A DNA stretch of 64,000 nt from Macrostomum lignano (lineage: Eukaryota). The position numbers were made by a program, and so were the translations under genes. The notes beneath the pieces are model-generated. The model searched no databases and was not told the DNA's origin. It worked only from the letters and a program-made list of their open reading frames with translations. The stretch lies in assembly GCA_002269645.1 (NCBI GenBank), contig NIVC01001581.1, positions 1 to 64,000 on the forward strand. Direction: 5' to 3'. Numbering within the stretch: position 1 is the stretch's first letter; every line of letters begins with the position of its first letter. Below, piece after piece: positions 18,276-30,689 of this stretch.

Positions 18276-19483
18276 TTTTTTATCTTGGTCTCTTCCCAAA
18301 TACTATTTCCTATTCCTAGAAATAAATGCGAGCTCGCTAATGGTTCAGTTACTACCATGTATACTAGTTTCGAATAAGTAAGTAGTATAATATTTTGTTT
18401 ATTATAAAAAAGCTCCGGTGTGCAGTTCTATAGCAACTAATTGCTTCGAATAGTCAAGTTATATACTACTCATAGTTTGTAGTAAGTATGTACGTTTTTT
18501 AAGCCGCTATGCGTTGAAATATTACTGCTGACTCCAATTGATTGATAGATTCATAGCAAATTTATTAAGTGAATAAGAATGAATTTATATTTTATATTCC
18601 TCTCCCATCTCCGCATGTCTCTAGGTGAACTTTTGATTAATATCTGTTTTACATTGACATTTTTGCCCTTCTAACACCTGCTATTGGCTTTTTATTTATG
18701 CTTTGCGAGCCTTTGCCGAATTTCCGAGGGCATGATTAGAATTTGCTCGATTTAGTAGTACTACAGTCTTTTGTTAATTAAAACGTACAAATCTATTTAT
18801 TTATTTATTAATCTACATAATATACATTTTACTTGTAGAATATTGTTGTTATAGTTAATACCGCTTTTGTTTACCCACTTATTATCATCTATTAATGTAT
18901 TCTTTTATGTTGTCGTTCGTTTTTTAAGCTAAAAAGTTCATCCAACAGTATGCAAATGAAATTATCTATTATAATTTTATTAATATTCGATAAATATAAA
19001 ACTACAGCAGCGCACTTTTAATGCTTTCTTTTTTCTTTTGTGTTTGCAAGTCGTCAGCTGAGTCAGCTGACTATTAAATTTTGTTTTAACTGATGCTGAG
19101 TTCTTTGAGTTCTTAGAATTTTTTTCATTAAATGAATATTCGCTCAATTTTCACCAAGTTTAGCAACATCAAGTGAGTTACTATGGGACAGTGGCTCTAT
19201 CGCATTTTTAATGAGGCAGTAGCCACACTGAGAAAAGGCGGAGATGCGTACAGATCTACTCATTAAGTAAGAGTTTATGCAATGTTAGATACTGGAAAAA
19301 ATATGAGCAGCTCAATGTTTAACTCGAGGTGTCGTTGCTTATATATACAATATAAGATCTATGCAAACAGCTGCAGTAGAAAGATGTGATTCGTAGGCAT
19401 TCTTGCCTCGAGGCATTCTATTCTGGACTACTCATAAAGATCCAGCTTCATAGGTGTAAATACTTTGAAAGGCAAAGGCTGGC

Positions 19484-22400
19484 CTGGCATCGGCAGGCTG
19501 AACGCTAGTGTCGGCGGCGGGCGCCGCCAGCAGCTGGTCGGTGCGCCGAACGTGCCGCCCCTGCTCCGAGTCGACGGTGCTATTTCGGTTGCCAGCACTC
19601 TCGATGACGCCCTCCACCCAGCTCGGCGAATCGCCGGCCCTTGCGCCGACGCTGTAGTCGCGGAAGAGGACGCGGTCACCTGGCTGGAACTCGCGCGCGG
19701 GCCGCCGCTCCTGCAGCAGCCGCTCCTGTCGCTGCTGCACATCGCTGGCCAGCGAAGGCTTCAGGAGATCCAGGCGGCCACGGAGCCGCCGGCCTATGAG
19801 CAGCTGTCTGGGAGCGACACCGCTGACGCTGTGCGGGCCGGGTGTTGCTGTAAGAGGGCAGCAGCCGCTGCAGCCGCGCGTCGAAGTGGACGTTATTGAG
19901 CAGGTGCCGCTTGAGCACCTGGACGAAGCGCTCGGCCTGGCTGTTCGTGGCAGGATGAAACGGCGCCGAGAAGATGTACCGAATGATGCCGTTGGCCTTG
20001 GTAAACTTTGCGAACTCGGCAGAGGCAAATCGAGCCCCGTTGTCGGACACCAACGTGCGAGGGATGCCTTGGCTGTCGCGATGGGGGAGGTCGCCGTGGC
20101 GCTGCGCATCTGTTGCACCTCCGGCCACTTGCTGCGAGCGTCCACCACCACCAGATACACGTAGCCGTTGACGGGCCCGGCGAAGTCGACATGGAGGCGC
20201 TCCCAAGGCTCTGTCGGGAATGGCCACGACTATACCGGTGCCTTAGCCTGGTTAAGCTGGAAGGTGCGGTAGGCCTTGGCCGCAGCTTCCAGATCGCTGT
20301 CGATGCCTGGCCACCAGACATAGCTGCGGGCAAGAGCACGCATCCTGCTGATGCCGGGATGCGCCTGGTGCAGCTCCTGCATCACTCGCTGTCGCAGCGC
20401 CGTCGGTACCACGACCTGGCGCCCCAGAGGACACAGCTCTGGTCGACCAATAGCTCGGACTGTCGGCGGGCGAAGTCGATGAGGTCGGCACTGATGGACT
20501 CACCGGCCTGCAGACAGCGCAGCACGCGGCCCAGCGTTGCGTCCGTCCTGGTGTGCGCGAGACTGCTTGCGCTGTGATGGCAAACCCTGCGCCCTTGTCG
20601 AGCAGGAGCGAGTTGACAGCCGCCTCCTCCTCAAACAGCTGCGGTAGCGGCAGCCGCGAGAGCGAGTCGCAGTTGGCGTGCTTCTCTGTCGGCCGGAACT
20701 CCAGCGAGTAGTCGTAACTCGCCAGGCGGATGGCCCAGCGCTGCATGCGCGCGGCTGCGTGCGCGGGGATGGCCTTGCGCTCGCCCAGCAGACCCAGCAG
20801 CGGCAAGTGGTCGGTGACGATGGTGAACCGGCGGCCGTAGAGGAACTGGTGGAAGCGCTGCAAGCCGAACATGATGGTCAGCGCCTTCTTGTCTATAGCT
20901 GCGAGTAGCCGCGTTGAGCTGCCGTTAGGCTGCGGCTGGCGAAGGCGACCGCGCAGTCCTTGTTGCCGATGCGATGAGTCAGCACGACACCCAAGCCGTA
21001 GGGTGAGGCGTCACACTCCAGGCGTAGAGGCAGGTCCGGGCTGTAGTGCACGAGCACCGGTGACTGAAGTAGCAATTGCTTCGCCTCGTCAAACGCCCGC
21101 TGCTGCGGCTGCTCCCCGGTCCAGCACGTGTTCTTGGCCAGGAGCTGGTGGAGCGGTGCCAGCACGGTGGACAGGTTTGGCAGAAACTTGCAATACTGTG
21201 CCAACATGCCGAGAAACGAGCGCAGCTGGCTGACATCTTTTAGAGCCGGCGCATCCTGGACGGCGGAGACTCGATCAGGCAGCGGACTGAGGCCGTTGGC
21301 GTCGATGCGATGGCCCAGATACTCGACGGAGTCCTTGAAGAACTGGCACTTGTCTTTGTTCAGGCGAAGGCCAGCGCCCTGCAGGCGATGCAGGACTAGG
21401 GCCAGGTTATTTTTGTGCTGCTGCAAGGTGCCGCCCGTGACGAGGATGTCGTCGACGAAGACCTGGACGGCGTCGAGGCCCCCCAGCAGGGTGTCCAGCG
21501 TCCGCTGAAAGATGGCGCTGGCGCTGGTGATGCCGAAAGGCATGCGGTTTAGCTGGAAAAGTCCTCTTGGCGTGTTGATGGTGAGGAAGGCCTTGCTCGG
21601 ACAGGTCCAGCTTGGACCACTTGCAGCCACCGCCGAGCTTGGCGAAGAGGTCCTCGATGCGTGGCAGCGGGTAGTGCTCCGTCTTGCTCGCCGCGTTGTA
21701 AGTGAGTTTGTAGTCAGCGCAGATCCTAACGCTGCCGTCCTTCTTCACCACTGGCACAATGGGTGCCGCCCAGTTGCTGTGCTTGACCGCCTTGATGATT
21801 CCGCTGGCCTCCATGCACTGCAGCTCGGCGTCCACACGTTCCCGCAGCCTTCGGTGACCTGCAACCGGACTTGGCCATGCTGAAATTCTCCCAGGCCGTC
21901 CTCGAAGACAGAGGAGAACTCCTTGATGAGGTCCCCGACGCCGTCGTCTGCAGAGACGGAGTGGACCTGCGCCATGATGCTCGGCCAGTTCAGCCGCAGT
22001 CTGGCCAGCCAGTCGCGCCCAGCAGCGGGGTGTCGCCCTGCGTGACGACAAGCAGAAGGAGCTGCAGCTGCTGACCGTCGAGCTGGAAGGTGACGGACGC
22101 CTGGCCGATGGGGCGAAATCGCTGAAGGTGCGCAGGATAGCTGCGGACGGAGACAGATGCAGCGACGGCAACAGCTTCTACTGCAGGCTCTGCGGGATCA
22201 GAATGACCGCAGATCCAGATAACGAATAACGAATAACGAATCGGCACTGCTGTCCGTTAACCTGCAGCTGCACCGTCGGGCCTGCGTTGCTTCCAGACGG
22301 CTGAACAGCGAAGATTGGCATCTGAGCGGAGTTGCAGCTTGGCCGAGCGGCCAACCTTACGGATGTGGCCAGTCTTGCCACAGGCGTGGCACTTGGCGTC

Positions 22401-22979
22401 CCGCAGCTTGCACTGCTGGCGGCTGTGGACGCCGCCGCAGCTTCCGCAGGCGCCACCTCGTGCGATGACTTTTCTGCAGACTCCAAGGAGAGAATTTTCT
22501 GCTGCAGAGATTTAAAGGTGGGCTTCACCTCCTCCAGCAGTTTCACTCGGAAGGTGTCATTGAGCAGGCCGAAGACAAGCTGGTCTCGGAGCCGCTCCTC
22601 CATAGTGTTGCCAAAGTTGCAATGGGCCGACAAGGCCTTCAGACCGGCGATGAACTCTGCGAAGGTCTCGCCCGGCTGCTGCAGACGACGCTGGAAGCGA
22701 AAGCGGGCTGCCAGCTCAGATGGCTGTGAAGCGTAGTGATTACGCATGACGATCTCCGTTAGCTCATGGAATGACTTGTCTGCCATCTTTTTGGGAAGAC
22801 AGAGGTTGCGCAGCACTGAATAGGCTTCCTCGCCAATTGCTGTGACTCGTGTAGCCACCTTAGCCTCATCCTTCACCTCTGCAGGTGAACTAGTGTTGGA
22901 GTCTCTCCAGATACACGTCGATATCTGTGTTCGCGGAGAGAATTGGGATGCCTTCCAGAGCGGAACTCGTCGTCGCCAT
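19484..22979 (-). pseudogene. Gypsy gag-pol (gag, protease, RT, RNase H, integrase) with stops and frameshifts
   Basis: Fragments in shifting frames: gag (RFRFQRRLQQPGETFAEF..LRDQLVFGL), RT (WAAPIVPV.K.DGSVRICADYK; MPFGITSASAIFQR; VFVDDILV), RNase H (CDASPYGLG; AYQRGYSQL-like), integrase (HVDFAGP; IPRTLVSDNG; PFHPATNSQAERFV). The protease DSG site is overwritten by a TTCGTTA triplication at about 22222-22242. Confidence 0.93.
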
Positions 22980-23017
22980 TGTGATAACTTTGAAAGGCAA
23001 AGGCTGGCTTGTAGCAC

Positions 23018-25061
23018 CACAGATACTATAAACACTAGATAGGCCACTCAGGCTAATTTTCTGGGCAAGTTTTTTATTCTACTTTCTGCTTAGTAGCAAT
23101 GAAAGGAAGCAACAGTATTATTTGCTAAATTAGACAAATCGAGTGACTGTTTTTAAGACATCGTTTTGCTAACGCCATAAACAACTAACTTGTTTTGTGC
23201 AGTAATGGTGTACATTAAGACGCGACAGACAGTGTGCAATGCCGCTATCTTTCAAAGTGGAGGAAGGGGGGTAGTCTGGAATAGGGTTAATATCAGTTTC
23301 GTATAAGGCAGGGTGAGTGGATCGATAATTTAGGCCTACTGGTGGTGGGATAGAAAATAAAGGACTGCACATAGCTAGCCTGGGTTAGGGGTGGGGTGGG
23401 GGTTGAGAGGTTGTGGGTTAGAAAATTTGGGGGTGGCGAATCGTGCTTAAATACAAGCTTATATAGATGAACAGGACAAGAGTCAGAGTTAAAGAAAGTT
23501 CGAGTGCATACTAGCTTTTCTATCTAATCTTGTACTCGAGAAATGTTTTGATTCGAACCACTGCTGTGCTCCCACTTGCACGAGCTTTGTACTAGTGCTA
23601 TTAACATCCGAGAAAGAAAAATCCGTTGCGAATGCATAAATTACCAAAAGATGACACTGGCGAAGCGCTGGCAGCAGCTACTACAGGAGCGTGGATATTG
23701 ATCTTTATAAACAATTAAATCACGGGGCCTCCGTGTGTTCAGCTTGCACTTTATGGACGAGGCCTACTGCTGCCTTACAAAGTGCCACGGATGTGCAAGA
23801 CATCTGTTTTCGCTGGGACGCAATCCCACACCAAGAGTTGATGCTGCCTCGGCTCGTTCAAATAGACCAGCTACCCTCTGTGCAAAGGACTGATAAACGA
23901 TGAAGAGGCAGACGACATGTACCCTCCAGTGCTGGGGCCAATTAGCAATCTATCTGCAGCCGAGCCTGCGACTTGCCTGCTGCCAGTGCTGTGGCAGAGC
24001 AACCTTCGGCTACCAGATTCTGCGCCGAGAACAGCTGTTGCGGCTGAAAGCTCTCACCTCTGCAGCCGATTCGCGGGTTCCAAGCGCTAGAGGCAAAGAT
24101 CAAGCGGCTGCAGCAACGATCCCGAAAGTGACAGGCGAATCAAGCGGCTGCAGCGGCAATCCCGAAAGTGACAGGCGAATCAAGCGGCTGCAGCGGCAAT
24201 CCCGAAAGCGACAGGCAAATCAAGCGGCTGCAGCGGCAATCCCGAAAGCGACAGGCAAATCAAGCGGCTGCAGCGGCAATCCCGAAAGCGACAGGCAAAT
24301 CAAGCGGCTGCAGCGGCAATCCGAAAGCGACAGGCAAATCAAGCGGCTGCAGCGGCAACTCTCGATGGTCAAGGCAAGTGCAGCGCAGTCGTGCATCCAT
24401 GGACTGTGGAGGCGTGGCTAGCGCAGCTTCCAGCGGTCGACTGGGCGGCAGGGCGCTCGCAGTCAGGGGTGCTCTGGTCAAAGGATGTCATCTCATCAGC
24501 AGCTCATTGCAGCTGCACCACAAAAGTCCTGCTGCTTATCGGCTGCCTGTTACGAAACCACTGAGGATTGGCTCCATCGGATACATCCCTGGACCTTGAA
24601 GTGGCGCATTCGCCAGTTTTTTTCATCTGTTGGGCCGTTCTGAATGCTGCCTCTGAACAAGGGCGACTGGCGACCCTGTTCTTCGACAGCACGCTGCGAG
24701 TTTCACAAACAGATGAGCTGATTAAGATGAGAAATCTTTCTATTTTGCTTCACGAATATGGATTATGGAGTATATGATATAGCTCGTATTTGCTAAATAT
24801 ACAATAGTAGACTGCAATAATATAGCCTTCTATGCAATCTAAAGCATTCACAATGTTGCTTTGAATTGTGGAAAGTATAATTATAAGTTTCTTTTTGCAA
24901 AAAATCAATACAATTGCTGCATTGCATTCATCTGTTTTTTTATTTTAAAAAAATATAAATAACGCTAAAATGTTTTTACTACTACTAAGCAGAAAGTAGA
25001 GTAAACTGTCGTGTTGTGAAAATTAGCTGGAGTGGCCTATCTAGTGTTTATAGTATCTGTG
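23018..25061 (+). mobile_element. P-superfamily (Galileo-like) THAP DNA transposon, internally deleted, inserted in the Gypsy 5' LTR
   Basis: TIR CACAGATACTATAAACACTAGATAGGCCACTC at both ends, with looser similarity to about 80 bp. Perfect 7-bp TSD GTAGCAC (23011-17, 25062-68). Broken THAP domain (HCCAPTC, HKLPKD, KRWQQ, VCSAHF, WDAIPT; 23559-23830), coiled-coil repeats, and transposase motifs WSKDVI, SPAAYRL and TLFFD. Confidence 0.88.
24100..24358. repeat. 39-bp tandem repeat inside the P-like element
   Basis: CAAGCGGCTGCAGCGGCAATCCCGAAAG(C/T)GACAGGC(A/G)AAT, about 6 copies. Confidence 0.9.
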
Positions 25062-25657
25062 GTAGCACCTGATAGTTCGCTCTGCAGAACTGAGAATTTC
25101 AGAGAGATATCGGAAAAGATGTGCCCTTCCCAAGCAGAGTGGGAGGCACATTTATAGCAGTATAATTGGGGTGGGTACACCCGAGCTTCGTAGACAGTGG
25201 AGAGATACAGACAATAAGTGAGTTACATGCGGACAGACAGACAGACAGAGACAGACGAGGAACCAGACAGACAATACAGGGATTCAGACAAGGGGGGTGG
25301 GGTGCATACGGAAAACAGGAAAAGTTCACAAAGTCCGTGGCACAAATGCCACAATAGAAATATAAGATCTATCTAAGGTTGCAACTCGCATATATTTTCG
25401 ACGCAACTGGATGAGGATGGTCTAAGTTTGATCCTGCCGCTCCTGACTACATATGATCCTCGGGTTATATTTATCGATAGCGACCATAAACTAAAGAGAT
25501 TTATTGATTTATTAAAATAGAATGATCAAGCTGGCTTATATAGACACTCGACATGAATTGAGCCAGGTTGGTCCATGAATTGAGAATATTATAGTCGGAA
25601 CGCATACACCTGTGGATTCAGCGTGCCCGTCGAGGCGCGCTCTATTCAGCCACAGCG

Positions 25658-28641
25658 ATGCTCGAGCCGCAAGATATTGACACGCTGGCCTCAACACCCA
25701 GAAACAGTGTCTCTGACGGCTGCGCAAGATGTGAGCAACTCGCCGGGCCGATGGGCCATTGCGCCCAGCACACCACAGTCGAAGGCCTGCCAAATTTACT
25801 TACAGCTGGCAGTCTGTGGCGGAAGATAGTGTGGTCAGTGATCCTGCTGATGGCTCTGGCCTGCTGCACTACCCACTTAATCTTGCTAATTATTGACTTC
25901 CACAACAGCGGCGTCGCCTCGACTATGATGCTGAACGAGAACGTGGTTGAATTCCCTGACCTCACAATCTGCGGATTGAAGCCCATCTCCGAGAGCTTCT
26001 TGGCCCAGTCCTTTGAACGCAACTGGACTGACTTGCTTCTTCACTACACGCGTCGCCTGGACGGCTGGTTCAACGATGAGTCCTCTTTGCAGAGAAGAAA
26101 CGAATCTATAACGGACTACATGGAGAGGATGAAGGCTCTGTACTACAAGATGTTTGAGATAGTCAGGCTTGACAAGACTTTCCTTGACTCTTGGCTGAGT
26201 ATGCACTACCAAAGCAGCATATTTAGCTGCAGATTCAAGCGTTTACCCTGCGAACCAAGCAATTTTAGTCTAATCCAGCACCACCATCACTTTGACTGCC
26301 TCACTTTTAGTCCGTCAGAAAGCAACAAGATGGCCGATCATGGGTCTAAATTTAACTCCATCCTGCTCATAAATCTCTTCACTGACAGCAGCATTTTCGA
26401 ATCCCACTATCAGAAACACGCCGCGTATAAAGCATCTTCAAAGACCTACTACGACAAGGGCCTGTCGCTGACCGAGTATCTAACCACCAATCCGGAGGAA
26501 TTCCCGCTTAACCAGATCCTAGCAAATAATGAACAGCCCAATGGAATTAGTGCGATACTGCATCCGAGGAACACCTATCCGTTTAATGGTATGGGCTAAT
26601 AGGTGTTACAGATTATCGAGCATTATACTGTATTCTCTATTATCAACAAGCATTTTTACCTATAGTCAAAGATGGCGTGGCCCTGCCAGCTGGAGTCAAC
26701 AGCTTCGCCCCTTGACTTATCTCGAGGTCGATTTCAAGCGAGTCTGTCAGAGTCTTGCAGGGCCTTGTACTGCAGAGCTGCCTACCTCTATGAGTCGTCT
26801 GGCACGTGTAGCACTGCTTGTTGAGACCATTAGGCTGACGCTCTACTCTCTGCATGATGTATTCTATACCCTCGACTATACGCTCTGTCGAAGATATGTA
26901 CTGTCCAAGATAGTATAGACTATACTGTCTAATTCTACTCTACTCTTCATTATACTGTACTCTACTCTAATCAATACTAACTGCAATCCATAACACTCCA
27001 ACCCGCAGGCTACCAGTCCTACATCATTGCGTCGGGCACCTCAGCCACATTTCGAATATCAACTTTGGAGAAGCACAAGCTGAACTACAAAGGCAGGGAG
27101 CGGTGCTCCGACAAGCCACCTGACGAGGTTGTTTACAGAACGGTGCGTTCGGTCGTCAACGGAACCAGCGAAAGTCGAGCCTTTGTCCGCTCACCTGAAG
27201 ACGATCTGTACACTTGGGCTCAAGCAGAGCTGTTCAAGAAGTGCGGCTGCCGCTCTCACCGGAGCCCCACCGGTGCCAGCTCCTCCAGCCTCTGCTATCA
27301 CGTCCAGCCCGATGAAGACGGCGCCCCTCGACCGACGCTGCCCAAGGAGGCTCTAGACAGGATCCGCTGTCACGACAGATGGTGGTCTAAATTATTGAAC
27401 TCGGCGCCTAATCACGTGACCATGTGGAAACCCTGCCATTCTGTGTCCAGAGAAGTGCAGTTAGAAAGCTTAGACTGGCCCAGTGACGAGGACCTCATGC
27501 CCATTGCTGTATCGTTTATCAAAATGCGCCAGCGGAATGCTCAACACCGGGACGAATACGCGGTACCGAGTTGGAACAGCTCACTGACTGCTCGAACCAC
27601 TTACCTGCGAGATTATTCGGCTGTGCATTCGTTGAGTAGGGACAGCGAGTCCCTGACTAAATTATTGAAAGAAAGCATGCCAAAAGCCGCAATAGCTCTC
27701 AATACCCAGAAGGTCAAGGAAAATGTTGTCAGACTGGTTGTTAGGCTGGAGTCGCCTTACAGCATTGCTTACACGGAGTCCTTTACCTACCAATGGTTTG
27801 AAATCTTGTCAGAGGTAAGTTGTAGGACTAATTACAATGCGGTTAACAGTCCAACTTAAACTAATTGCATCTTCATCACTTTGAGTCTCTAGGAATTTAT
27901 CACTCTGGGAATTTGTCACTCTGGCTCCATGAATCAGGATTGTGTGAATCTGGGTCTATGTGAACCGGGACTATGTGAATCTCTATCTATGTGAATCAGG
28001 ACTGTTTAAATCTTGAATATGGGAGTTGGAGCTGTGCATTTCGTCTATGTGAATCGGGGCTAAGTGAATCTGGGACTAAGTGAATCTGGGACTAAGTGAA
28101 TCTGGGACTAAGTGAATCTGGGACTAAGTGAATCTGGGACTAAGTGAATCTGGGACTATGTGAATCTGGGACTATGTGAATCTGGGACTATGTGAATCTG
28201 GGACTATGTGAATCTGGGACTATGTGAATCTGGGACTATGTGAATCTGGGACTATGTGAATCTGGGACTATGTGAATCTGGGACTATGTGAATCTGGGAC
28301 TATGTGAATCTGGGACTATGTGAATCTGGGACTATGTGAATCTGGGACTATGTGAATCTGGGACTATGTGAATCGGGACTATGTAAATCGGGACTATGTA
28401 AATCGGCCTCTACCCATTCCAGATCGGAGGAATTCTCGGCCTGTGGTTTGGCGTCAGCCTCATCACCGGATTCGAGTTGATCGACCTGATCTGGCTCATA
28501 GCCATCTGGGACAGTCAAGTTGGCCATGTGAAGCGGTCAGATAGGGAGGACGTGAAACAGTTAGAGAAGTTGGGAAGTGCTCTGCAGAACGAGAGGGTTC
28601 CAGAGTTTTTTACCTCCGGCTGTTCGATGTATATCGAATGA
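25658..28641 (+). CDS. DEG/ENaC (amiloride-sensitive sodium channel family) subunit, 3 exons
   Basis: Exons 25658-26588, 27009-27814 and 28423-28641 join in frame at GT-AG sites. Motifs: TT.EG..N followed by TM1 (WRKIVWSVILLMALACC), FPDLTIC, CRF...C, CLTF, GISAILHP, CGC, PC...WP, and TM2 LSEIGGILGLWFGVSLITGFE with the GxS filter. Confidence 0.9.
28040..28405. repeat. 16-bp minisatellite in DEG/ENaC intron 2
   Basis: Unit TGTGAATCTGGGACTA. Confidence 0.95.
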
Positions 28642-29189
28642 TTTGTTTGGAAGTGAAAAAAATATATCTACAAAGATGCTATCATACAAGAAATAGTTTT
28701 ATTAAAAAGTATCCTTCGAAATCAGTAAACTACTTATAGTAACAGAAAAGTGTATTTATAGATTATATTGCATCACCTCTGCAGCTTATAAGATAAAACC
28801 TTAAAATTATTTTTCAAGCGCGAATCAATATAGACATTTGAAATTCGAAATTTGAAAGTGCTTAACATTTTCACATATCCCCGTGATACTACTGTATAAG
28901 TATAGCTTCAAGCACGCAATATTCAAATTTTTCGATGATATTAAATACAAAAATGTCAGCTCCCATTTAATAATCGCAAATTAGTTGATAACATTGTTCC
29001 CTTTCGGTTCGATTAGAGACTAGCAAATTTTTTAATAAATAATCTCTCTTAACTGAGTTAACCAAACTGCATGCTTACAATTGTTTCAGTTAGTGAGTTT
29101 TATAAAGTACTTAGTCAGATACATGTAAATCAATATGAATTGTTAAACCCCAAAACTCCCCCAGTTGCTGAAGATACTAAATCTTCGTT

Positions 29190-30082
29190 ATTCCAAACTG
29201 CCATAGAGCTGCTGCCTCATTATCCAAACTGCCATAGAGCTGCTGCCTCATTATCCAAACTGCCATAGAGCTGCTGCCTCATTATCCAAACTGGCATAGA
29301 GCTGCTGCCTCATTATCCAAACTGGCATAGAGCTGCTGCCTCATTATCCAAACTGCCATAGAGCTGCTGCCTCATTATCCAAACTGCCATAGAGCTACTG
29401 CCTCATTATCCAAACTGGCATAGAGCTGCTGCCTCATTATCCAAACTGGCATAGAGCTGCTGCCTCATTATCCAAACTGGCATAGAGCTGCTGCCTCATT
29501 ATCCAAACTGGCATAGAGCTACTGCCTCATTATCCAAACTGGCATAGAGCTGCTGCCTCATTATCCAAACTGCCATAGAGCTACTGCCTCATTATCCAAA
29601 CTGCCATAGAGCTGCTGCCTCATTATCCAAACTGGCATAGAGCTACTGCCTCATTATCCAAACTGGCATAGAGCTGCTGCCTCATTATCCAAACTGGCAT
29701 AGAGCTGCTGCCTCATTATCCAAACTGGCATAGAGCTGCTGCCTCATTATCCAAACTGCCATAGAGCTGCTGCCTCATTATCCAAACTGCCATAGAGCTA
29801 CTGCCTCATTATCCAAACTGCCATAGAGCTACTGCCTCATTATCCAAACTGGCATAGAGCTGCTGCCTCATTATCCAAACTGCCATAGAGCTGCTGCCTC
29901 ATTATCCAAACTGCCATAGAGCTGCTGCCTCATTATCCAAACTGGCATAGAGCTACTGCCTCATTATCCAAACTGGCATAGAGCTGCTGCCTCATTATCC
30001 AAACTGCCATAGAGCTACTGCCTCATTATCCAAACTGGCATAGAGCTACTGCCTCATTATCCAAACTGCCATAGAGCTACTG
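29190..30082. repeat. 31-bp minisatellite
   Basis: Unit CTG(C/G)CATAGAGCT(G/A)CTGCCTCATTATCCAAA. Confidence 0.95.
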
Positions 30083-30689
30083 TATTTAATACGAATAATA
30101 AAAGGCTTGGTTTAGGATTTAAAAAAGAGTGAATGGAATTCCAAGTGTTAATTTAATTTTTCTTTTTGTTTAAAGTGTCCTTCAGTTAATATTTATGACT
30201 TTTGCCAAGGCTTATATGGCTTATAGGGGCTTTTTCGGCCGTAGGTTGGCTCTGACAGAAGCAGTTAGTGCAGATTAGGCAGATGGGATCATTGGATTAT
30301 ATGGATGGCTAGGGGAAGCCAGCCTGCCAGCCACATGGGAAAGAATTTTAAGTGCCCCAGGCGCCAGAACCATTAGCAATAGGTTTGGACGGATGTGAAG
30401 AGCACCACCCAATGCAGCTGTTGCCCGCCTTCCGTGCGGTTTTGCAAGAACAAAATGTGTCAGTGGAGCGGGGCTTTACAGCGGACTGGTTAACCCAAGT
30501 GCAGTGTAGTTTGGCTCACACGGATTCACAATACAGTTTGATGTTTCGATTTCAAAGTTATCGAGTGCTGTGCACAGCTAGTGAGGAGACAGCAAGCGCT
30601 GAGCAAGCACATGCTCACACGGTGTACAGCGGCCCTGACTATCTAATCAACAGGCATGTACACTGTCTGTGCTATAGGGGTTGGCCTAA

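Larger units (their letters stand above)
19455..25353 (-). mobile_element. Degenerate Ty3/Gypsy LTR retrotransposon; 5' LTR interrupted by a P-like element, 3' LTR reduced to its last ~30 bp
   Basis: On the minus strand the 5' LTR starts TGTGGC at 25353 and ends ...CTTTCAAAGTTATCACA at 22980. It is followed by a PBS TGGCGACGA overlapping the gag ATG. The same LTR end (GCCAGCCTTTGCCTTTCAAAGT) recurs at 19462-19483. Flanks are ATAGG (19450-54) and ATAGA (25354-58), a 4/5 match to a 5-bp TSD. Confidence 0.85.

Noticed and set aside
19428-22736. Many plus-strand ORFs over the Gypsy body
   Set aside because: Shadow ORFs caused by high GC on the antisense of gag-pol.
19349-25372. AATATAAGATCTAT at 19349 and 25359 as the Gypsy TSD
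   Set aside because: Not adjacent to the left terminus and too long for a Gypsy TSD; ATAGG/ATAGA fits better.
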